A stretch of 64,000 bases of DNA. It comes from an uncultured delta proteobacterium (GTDB lineage: Bacteria > Desulfobacterota > Desulfobacteria > Desulfobacterales > B30-G6). Below are positions 1-8,058 of this stretch, one piece after another; positions within the stretch are counted from its first letter, which is position 1; every line of letters starts with the position of its first letter. The notes beneath the pieces are model-generated. The model did not search any database and was not told where the DNA came from. It was given only the letters and a program-made list of their open reading frames with translations. The stretch is from NCBI GenBank assembly GCA_963823335.1, contig CAWGLD010000001.1, positions 1 to 64,000 on the forward strand. Direction: 5' to 3'. The translations under genes and the position numbers were made by a program.

Positions 1-112
1 TGATGTGCCACAATATCGGTTTGCCCCCGATTTCAACCATGGGTTTTGGCCGCATGGTTGTTTCTTCTGATAGCCGGGTGCCAAATCCGCCAGCCAAGAT
101 GATTGCCTTCAT
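1..112 (-). CDS. rfbF: Glucose-1-phosphate cytidylyltransferase, N-terminal part (runs off window)
   Basis: Manual translation [37 protein letters not shown], a typical RfbF N-terminus. Confidence 0.85.
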   Translation of the reverse strand, partial: MKAIILAGGFGTRLSEETTMRPKPMVEIGGKPILWHI

Positions 113-208
113 TCGTTCGTTATCCTTTTTTCGAGAGTGCGTGCTTTTAGTTGCTGTTATTTTTATCTAGGTTGAGCGTTTCAAATTTTGGAAACAAAAA
201 CTTCTCGA

Positions 209-324
209 ATCAACTACCACCCGTGAAACGGGTGGCTTGGATTTCCCCCAAAATGGGGGAAAAACAAAGGAGACGGCACGTCTCCGTAAGTTCAGGTTCG
301 GAACCGCGTGCCAAGCACGCGGTT
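209..324. repeat. Four consecutive hairpins; the first resembles an IS200/IS605-type end
   Basis: caactaCCACCCGT-gaa-ACGGGTGGcttg; tccccc/ggggga; ggagacg/cgtctcc; aaccgcgtgc/gcacgcggtt. Confidence 0.55.
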
Positions 325-453
325 TGTAGAACAATCAAAATATGCTCTGTTTATGGGTACATTTCTTCAGTTTGGATTGACTCTTTGAATATCTACAAAA
401 CAACCATATGGTGTATTGTTCCCACCATATGGTTGTTTGTGGAGAATTAAATT

Positions 454-1327
454 TTATCTCAGTGATTCAATAAAGCAGCTGCCACCGCCGCCGCCGCCGC
501 CGCCATTTTTATCTTTATCTTTATCGTCGTCAGGAACAGCGCAATATGATACCTCATCATTATAATGCTGTGAGATCTCATCAGCTGTCAATACCCTGCC
601 GTATATGGCAACCTCGTCCAGTGTGCCGTTATAGTGGTACCCAGGACCCAGATTGAGCCAACCTATGTTGAGGTCAGCTGTTCAGATTCAAATCCTTCTC
701 CATTGTCGTAATGATGATCTACCGAATCATTTAATACGCCATCTACGTATAGTCTGTTTTCATTTTCGGCAGAATCTCTTACCACAGCAACATGATGCCA
801 TACTCCGTCTGTTAAGTCATCGTTCCCTTCAAGAAACTCTCCTGTCCACCCTTGAACCAATTCCTGTACCATTTGTAGCTATTAAAACAAAAGCAGCCTT
901 GCCGTCCGCCCACAATCCAGTCCACCATTGCATTCGCTAGTTGACACCGTCATCCCTACCCACAACAACTTCATTATCACTAAATGCGTCGTCCGTTCTT
1001 CTGATCCAATATTCGATTGAGAAACTGTCACCAGAGGCCCAATTGAAGGAATCATCTGCCGGCACATTAATGCCTGTGTCAGCACCCAAATTGTTGTGCG
1101 CCATCCACTATCCCGGCGACTGCGGTGGGGCTGGCAGCGCCCACGCCATCGTTGACGCTGCCTACAGAGTCTGAGTAGATATCACCGTTGTCCTCGTCAA
1201 GTGCCCATAAAGAAGTAATGCCATCTGGACATTGAGCATACGCTGGACTTGTTACAAGAAGAACGACACCTAACACACTCCCAATCAAGGATGTATACAA
1301 AGTAGCTCTCCACTTTTTCATCATCAT
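454..1327 (-). CDS. Exported LamG/concanavalin-A-like protein with C-terminal G8-SCFIESLR tag (frameshifted in this sequence)
   Basis: Fragments 1079-1327 (signal peptide, W-x-LDE) and 663-872 (WHHVAVVRD..LYVDG) plus manual translation of the end YCAVPDDDKDKDKNGGGGGGGGSCFIESLR*. Confidence 0.75.
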
Positions 1328-1394
1328 CTTGTCCTCCTTTATTAAATATTCAGTTAATTAATTTGGAAACGCCAAACAACAATGCCAACATTCG

Positions 1395-2984
1395 TTAGTT
1401 GCTGATGGCACTGATAAAACATAACCCACTACCGGAATTATCACTACCATCATTCTCTGGCTTTATATATTGGGGAAGAACTCCTCCAGGCTTGCGAACC
1501 ATACATCAGCCATTTTACCATACCCCGAATCCACGACAAATGGATCCACAACAAGACTTGGATGGAGATCATCATACATATCTCCACCATCATCTGTTAA
1601 CCTATAATCGATGTCGGCATCATCTCTCCATGTCTACCAAAATTATTTTGTCCCCATCGGCGATACGGTTGTTTGCCAGGGTCTCAAGCTCATTATTATA
1701 GGTTGTCGTATCTTGACTGTAATCAACACGATTGATAATTTTCGCGAGAATAACCGTAATATGTTCACTGTATTCATCTATTTCGTCCAGAATATTTTCG
1801 ACACTTGCACTTGTAGTCATTGGTTTTCAGACCGTTTGTGCCAATATGAAGCAATATCACATCTGGAGGATAATATTGCAAATATGGCCCCCTTGTAATT
1901 TCTTCATCCGGTAGAATTGATTAAAACCGGTCTTCAGTAAAACCGCTAGTTGATCGGCTGTAATTCCAGGAAACCCTGCATTATCGTAATCAAATGCCGG
2001 CAACACATCTTGACCTGCTTTTTCACTACCAACAAAATCAACCGGATAATCCGCATTTTCTAACCATAGCCACAAGGGCCAACGATAACCTGTTCGTTCC
2101 GCTGCAGGTCGCGTTTCATTTGAATGGCTATCATAAGTTATCGAATCTCCAAGCGGCATTATTTTCACCGCCGTATTATTCTGACTGCCTCTATTCGTGA
2201 CACCCCCGAATGCACAATACCCCTGGAAAGGTAATAATGCATTTGAATCTCATTTATGGTCAATACACGTCGATAGATAGCAATCTCATCCATCGAACCG
2301 TTAAAGAAAGAGCCTGGTGTGCTTCCATCTATATATCCGATGTTGATAGGTGCTGTGGATTTAAAGCCTGAGTTGTAAATGATATTGTCCGAATCTTCTA
2401 TTTTTCCATCCACATATAGGCGGTTTTCACGACTTTCAGCGTCCCTCACAACAGCAATATGATGCCATTTCATATTGTCCAATGTTTTGTTGCCTTCTAT
2501 AAGCATTGGATTCGCCGTCAGCGGAAGTTAAAGAGAACGCAGCTTTTCCAGATGCGTTGACAGAAAGCCACCACTGCATACTTGTTCGAGCATCGTTTCT
2601 GCCAATTAGAACCTCTCTGCTTGTAGTTCCTGGTAATCTTTTAACCCAAAGCTCAATCGAAAAACTGTCCGTCGCAGCAAAGTCAAACATTTTGTTTGCA
2701 GGGGCATCGATACCGGTATTGATGCCATTGAATTTCTGACTATTGCTATCAACGCCCTGACCGCTAATGACAGGGCAGTTATTTGAACATATGGCAGCAT
2801 TTGCGTATTCTGTTTCGTCTAGATAGCCTTCGAAATCTTGGCTTATTGCGTCCTCATCCAATTTCCAATAGGAGATCATTTTTTCAGGGCACAGGGCTTT
2901 TGCAGTACCAATGTCGATAATCGTCCAGCAAAGGAGAACAGATACAGCAGCAAATAAACGATTCATAGTAACATATTTCCTCAA
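1395..2984 (-). CDS. Exported LamG + SGNH/GDSL hydrolase protein with C-terminal GSGLCFISAISN tag (several frameshifts)
   Basis: Fragments 2436-2984 (signal, YWKLDE), 2165-2506 (WHHIAVVRD, MDEIAIY), 1857-2168 (KIMPLGDSIT) and 1620-1820; manual translation of the end DGSDNSGSGLCFISAISN*. Confidence 0.75.
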
Positions 2985-3174
2985 ACGGTTGCAGATAGTA
3001 AGTTTTCAGAGGTCTTTTCTTCTTCGGACATATTAAATCTTTTAATAATACAATCAACCTTTTTTATGGTTGCGGTTCATATGCACAGATAGCTCCGCCC
3101 CCTCAGTTACAGGCCAAAAGCCACTTTTGTACTGAATGAAAGCAAGATTTGATTAAAAACGATTAACTCAAGAA

Positions 3175-3190
3175 AGCAATTAATGTGCCA
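3175..3190 (-). promoter_or_regulatory. Sigma-54 -24/-12 promoter of the LamG genes
   Basis: TGGCAC-ATTAA-TTGCT on the minus strand. Confidence 0.8.
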
Positions 3191-3540
3191 CGAATCGAAG
3201 CTTCTCAATTTTGGCAACAAAACGGTCAAAGAATCCTCGTAGCAGCTCGACTTTAGCTCGTCGACAAGTCTTGCTGCGAGGAATCTTTAATTTTTTAGGA
3301 AAATCACACCAGCATTGTGAATTTTAATTCATGAAAACTATGTAATTTTCTGCCACATCATGGTAATGTTTGCCAAATATACCGCTATCCTGATATAATG
3401 ACTCAATAAATTTATCTATTCTTATGTATAATTTATCATAATTATATGTTTTTTGCTAAAATTGCAAGATAAAAGTTGTAAAAGATCGAGACGGATGATA
3501 AATTTTACTCAAAATGAGCGTTTCAAATTAGGTTCTATTT

Positions 3541-3556
3541 TGGCATGAATAATGCT
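3541..3556 (+). promoter_or_regulatory. Sigma-54 promoter of the MerR-TPR gene
   Basis: TGGCATGAATAATGCT (GG-N10-GC). Confidence 0.65.
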
Positions 3557-3741
3557 TAATGTTTTTACCATTATTCTTAGCTGCAAAATCTGTGTATTTT
3601 GGATTTGCGGGCCATGGTCTTTTTCGTGGTTTCGTACTTTCGTGATTTCGTGACAAAAAATCTTTTCCTTTTCCGGTTTGTCCGGGTTGGGTTATGTATA
3701 TAAGAACAAGGAATATATTCAGGTAGTTATAGCGCCCTAAA

Positions 3742-5655
3742 ATGAAAAAATTCAAAAACAAAGACATCTCCATATCAGACCTGGCAAATGAATTTCACGT
3801 CAGCAAGGCGGCTATTGAGCTTTATGGTGTTCATCGGTTAATACAACCCATTTCCGGCAAAACAACCCGGCCGGTCTATCGCCCCCTCGATAAAGCACGT
3901 TTAAAATTTATTGCCAGAGCCAAAGAAGCGGACTACACCATTGGCGATATAAAGGACCTGATCGGAGTCCTCGATCTCGAAAAAGACGAAATTGACCAGA
4001 TTGAAGAAAGCCTGGTCTATTGTAAAAATAAATCTGCTGCACTCACAAAGACCCTGGAAGACCTCGATGCCCTGGAACAAATCAATGTCACCTGCGATAT
4101 AGAACTTCTGGAAGCGTATAAAACTGATTTGAACAATTTAAAATATGGACTGGATATTGCGCCCATAACAACAGCTGCGCCGGATCCTATTGCTGAAACG
4201 TCCAGTGCAAAACCCAGAACGCTTGTTTACAGCCATCTTGACGACCAGGTTAAAGCCGCTACGCCTGCTATCGTCCCAAAAAAATCACGAAGGTCTCTGG
4301 CTGTTGTTGCGGGGATCTTTCTGGTGGCCATATCCGGCTATTTATACCTTGGTGGTGACCTTCTTCCTGACATGTCAAATAATTTGGTGGCAACCCCCAA
4401 GGTGGATCCGGTCGAAATGACTACTGAGACAGCCACTTCGAACCAGACCGATGAAATAAATCTGTCTGAATCAGATACGAATACAGATGGCAGTGTCGAC
4501 ACCCTCACCAATAAACGCGCCTCAACAAAAGCGCCGATTTTGTTGAACGACTTCCCGATATTAAAAAATGAGTTGAATTCCCCGTCTACCGACCCCATGG
4601 CAAGCATGCCCGAGACCTATTCAGACAAACAAATCCAGGACACGAAAAATACCCAGGCCCTGCTGGACGTCATCAACGAATCCCGGGAAAAAACGCCCAA
4701 ACCGGGCACGCCCGAGAAAGAAAGGACAGAAGATGTCTTTTTAAAACAGCTGTTTGCCGATATGCAAAAAAAATATGATCAACAGGCACAAATTCAGAAA
4801 CCGACCACCAATGACACTAGCGGAAGAAATGCTGCACCTGAAGAAATGAGCGAGACAAAGGAAGCCCAAGACCTCACGCCCGTGGACATTCCAAACGACG
4901 CTTCCCAGACTGACAAAACCATGCCCACGACAACAAAGACGTCCCCGATAATAACCACAACTACACCAGAAAAAGCTGCTCCTCTGGTAGTTAGTCGGGC
5001 ACCTGCATCTTTGAATACCGATACACCATCCACGAACACGCTTGCACCTCCGCAATCCGTACCAAGCCCCAAACCCGCGTCACCGGTTATCCGGCCAAAG
5101 TCTTCGACAGAACAGCCAACCGCTTCAACAAAGAAAGCGGAAACATCCATACTTTCAAAGCGTGATGAATCAGCGAGCAAAGTAATCACACCGCCGAAAC
5201 CCAAGCCGCTACCTGAACCTGAGCCCAAACCGGATCCCAAGCCTAAACCTAAACCTGAACCCAAACCAAAGGCAATTCCTCAAAAACCAGCCAATCCGGA
5301 AGCATTGAAATGGACCCAGAAAAGCTATGAGAGCGTGATGGCCGACGATGCCGGCCAAGCGATCATCGCGGCGTCCGTAGCGATCACACTCGATCCGAAC
5401 CTGGTGAATGCCTATATCAATCGCTCATGGGCCTACAGCAAAAAAGGGCTCTACGACAGAGCTATCCAGGATTGTGACAAAGCGCTCGACATCGACAATG
5501 ACAATGCGCTGGCTTACAACAACAGGGGACTGGCCTTTCAAGGTAAAGGCGACATGGACAAGGCCAAGGCGGACTACGAGCGGGCATGTAAGCTGGGCTT
5601 TGATATCGGCTGCAAGAATTATCGGGAAGTTGTAGAAAGCAAGCTTGCTGAATAA
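3742..5655 (+). CDS. MerR-HTH / single TM / Pro-Thr-rich linker / TPR protein
   Basis: N-terminal MerR-like ISDLANEF...RLKFIARAK..YTIGDIKDLI; KKSRR followed by a hydrophobic helix; PEPKP run; TPRs AYINRSWAY and AYNNRGLA. Confidence 0.8.
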   Translation: MKKFKNKDISISDLANEFHVSKAAIELYGVHRLIQPISGKTTRPVYRPLDKARLKFIARAKEADYTIGDIKDLIGVLDLEKDEIDQIEESLVYCKNKSAALTKTLEDLDALEQINVTCDIELLEAYKTDLNNLKYGLDIAPITTAAPDPIAETSSAKPRTLVYSHLDDQVKAATPAIVPKKSRRSLAVVAGIFLVAISGYLYLGGDLLPDMSNNLVATPKVDPVEMTTETATSNQTDEINLSESDTNTDGSVDTLTNKRASTKAPILLNDFPILKNELNSPSTDPMASMPETYSDKQIQDTKNTQALLDVINESREKTPKPGTPEKERTEDVFLKQLFADMQKKYDQQAQIQKPTTNDTSGRNAAPEEMSETKEAQDLTPVDIPNDASQTDKTMPTTTKTSPIITTTTPEKAAPLVVSRAPASLNTDTPSTNTLAPPQSVPSPKPASPVIRPKSSTEQPTASTKKAETSILSKRDESASKVITPPKPKPLPEPEPKPDPKPKPKPEPKPKAIPQKPANPEALKWTQKSYESVMADDAGQAIIAASVAITLDPNLVNAYINRSWAYSKKGLYDRAIQDCDKALDIDNDNALAYNNRGLAFQGKGDMDKAKADYERACKLGFDIGCKNYREVVESKLAE

Positions 5656-5674
5656 AATCGTGTGACGATTTTAT
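5652..5674. repeat. Palindrome ATAAAATCGT-N3/4-ACGATTTTAT (also at about 30627, 38099 and 63209)
   Basis: Four copies read directly from the sequence. Confidence 0.75.
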
Positions 5675-5684
5675 AAGGTTACAT

Positions 5685-6914
5685 ATGATAAATCACAAAT
5701 GGTCGGTCGTACTTTTGCTTGTTTTTCTCCACTTGTCTCTCAATTCCTGGGCAGACAACGTAAATCCAACCAGTGCCAAGGGCCCGTCATCCATCGCAAA
5801 ACCCCTGAAGACCATAACAATCCAAGTGGCGTCTCTAAAATATGAAAACAAGGCCGGGCAAGAGTTGACACGTCTCAAATCCCATGATCTGGACGCATTT
5901 GTCCATCATGAAAGCGTTGCCGAAAAAGGAATGTGGTATCGCATCTATGTGGGAAAGTTTGAAAACAGAGACGAAGCCAAAAAATTTGCCCAAAAAATTA
6001 AAGATCGAGGGATAATATCGGGGTTCTGGATCAAACAAATCGAGATACCTGTCGATCCGGTAAAACCCTCACAAACAGCAATAAGTACAACCGAGAAACC
6101 CGATACAAAAACCGACACGCTGCATGAAAAACAAGTGCCTCCAGCGGCAGTGGTCGAAACACCTAAGACAGTTCTTCCGTCGGAGACAAAACCATCACGC
6201 TCTCAACCATTGGCAGAAAAGTCGAATGAGCAAACACTATCACCCCCTGTACCCCCGGTCGAAAAACCAAAAAGGACCATGACGAAAAAAGAGCTAAAGG
6301 AGATTTTTCCCGCAGAGGACATTCATGATAAGCAACCCATCTCACCAGTACAGGGCATCGCGGTTCAGGGTCCCGGCGAGCAGGAAGGAAGCAGCAAGTT
6401 TTCAGTGGGGGTCAAGTCAAGCTACTTTCTTGCGTCAGATACGAAAGATTTCAAAATTAAACGAACCGACGGAGGCGACCAGTATTCCTGGTCGATCAAA
6501 AGCCCAAAGGTTTACAACTCGCTGCTGTCAAACTATCAAATCAATCCGACAATCTCAATCGAGGCCGGTATCGAAAGGGCTTTTTTTACAAAACTCGATA
6601 TCTGGCATCTCACGATGGGTCCAAAATTTGAATTCAAAAAGATCGGTATGTTAACCCCCTATGCAAAAGGCAGTCTGGTTATGGGTCATATGAAATGGGA
6701 TGACGCCCCCGGAGATTTTGACACGGCCTGGGGATGGGAAGGGGGATTCGGTGTTTCCTTCAGCAGATCGAACATACAATTTGGGCTTGAAACATCCTAT
6801 CGGGCTATTACATACGATTACAACCGGCCATCTGACAACGACGTTACAGCGACGGATAACCAGATCGATTTTTCAGGATTTGCGTTGTCGGCAACAATGC
6901 GTTACCGGTTCTAA
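5685..6914 (+). CDS. SPOR-domain + outer-membrane beta-barrel protein
   Basis: Signal peptide; SPOR IQVASL...WYRIYVGKF..RDEAK; Pro-rich linker; amphipathic strands ending in MRYRF. Confidence 0.8.
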   Translation: MINHKWSVVLLLVFLHLSLNSWADNVNPTSAKGPSSIAKPLKTITIQVASLKYENKAGQELTRLKSHDLDAFVHHESVAEKGMWYRIYVGKFENRDEAKKFAQKIKDRGIISGFWIKQIEIPVDPVKPSQTAISTTEKPDTKTDTLHEKQVPPAAVVETPKTVLPSETKPSRSQPLAEKSNEQTLSPPVPPVEKPKRTMTKKELKEIFPAEDIHDKQPISPVQGIAVQGPGEQEGSSKFSVGVKSSYFLASDTKDFKIKRTDGGDQYSWSIKSPKVYNSLLSNYQINPTISIEAGIERAFFTKLDIWHLTMGPKFEFKKIGMLTPYAKGSLVMGHMKWDDAPGDFDTAWGWEGGFGVSFSRSNIQFGLETSYRAITYDYNRPSDNDVTATDNQIDFSGFALSATMRYRF

Positions 6915-7087
6915 GCGGCACACAGAAACCAACTAAATTGACAATTATCTAATTGTATAATATAGACATTCTTATCTGTCCTTCCACCAACCAAAAGTGA
7001 AACTTCCAATTTAAAGAATATTGTATTCGGAAATATTTTCAGAATGTAGAACGCTCACCTTAGGTCCAAATTATTTTACTGAAACAT

Positions 7088-7819
7088 ATGGACAAATCTG
7101 AAATGCCCCTTGCCGCTGAATTGAAAAAGACATTGCCTCCGGAAAATCAAACCAATTTCCTTTCAAATCTTAAATACCTTATGGTTATTTCCAAGGCCTA
7201 TTTAGAGAAATACCACCTTGACGATGATCAAAAAAAAGCCACGATAAGAACCGCAAATGCGGTTTTTAACGAATGCAGAAAATGGGAAGGCTTATTCAAT
7301 AAATATAGATCCCCTTTCAAGAAAAAAAAGAAAAATGAAAGCGACCATTTCTTCTATCAGCGTGCTATACTGCTGTCTGTAATGATTAAATCTTATTGTA
7401 TAGGAAATCTCATGGGAAATAACAGAAATAAATCATTAGCAAAAACAACCGATTTTTTGTGTGGTGCGCTGAATATTAAAGTGGGCAACACGGATTTTGA
7501 AAAACATGGTTTAGTGCTTCAAACCAAAGAGATCTCTCAAAATGAGCAAAAAATGAATAGCATCAAAGATAAGAGAAGGTATGAAAGGATAGAATACGTT
7601 ACATCTGTGAGTGTCATCATGGACAAGAATAAATATATAACGGAGTTACTGAATCTTAGCCTTGGCGGTGCCTTTATTTCTGCTGACAGCATTCCACATA
7701 TAGAAACAGGAAAACAGGTTTCATTAGGGATTCCATTTGTGAACAAACCTAATGAAATCGAAATTAAAGCGACCGTTCAACGACTTTTTGGAATGGGTGC
7801 AGGTGTCGAGTTCTTTTAA
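7088..7819 (+). CDS. PilZ-domain protein with an uncharacterised N-terminus
   Basis: RRYER and NLSLGGA motifs, ending in GAGVEFF. Confidence 0.75.
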   Translation: MDKSEMPLAAELKKTLPPENQTNFLSNLKYLMVISKAYLEKYHLDDDQKKATIRTANAVFNECRKWEGLFNKYRSPFKKKKKNESDHFFYQRAILLSVMIKSYCIGNLMGNNRNKSLAKTTDFLCGALNIKVGNTDFEKHGLVLQTKEISQNEQKMNSIKDKRRYERIEYVTSVSVIMDKNKYITELLNLSLGGAFISADSIPHIETGKQVSLGIPFVNKPNEIEIKATVQRLFGMGAGVEFF

Positions 7820-7820
7820 A

Positions 7821-8058
7821 AGGATCATCTCAAAAAGAGTTGATCCAAATTAAGGGTTCAAGGATTCCAGGGGTCCAGGGTTCGAGTGAGATGAAGCGAG
7901 ACATCAGCTAATTGCTTAAGAATTATATGAAAAAGGGAAAGCTTCAGGAATCAAGAGAGGAGCTCGGAGATGAAGAGAGAATGCTAAAAGCGATGATCAA
8001 ATCCCTGGAAAACAAACACTTGAATCCTTGAATCCTGGACTCCTTGAACCCTTTCTCC
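7821..8058 (+). mobile_element. Decayed four-helix-bundle gene cassette, copy 1
   Basis: Homologous to 35359-35677; encodes LLKNY fused to MKKGKLQ...RMLKAMIKSLENKHLNP*; flanked by inverted 8-mer arrays. Confidence 0.7.

Noticed and set aside
297-313. Sigma-54 promoter for rfbF (TGGCACGCGGTTCCG on the minus strand)
   Set aside because: Lacks the -12 GC and is part of a hairpin.
5190-5275. TonB call from the PEPKP repeat
   Set aside because: No TonB C-terminal domain; the C-terminus is TPR.
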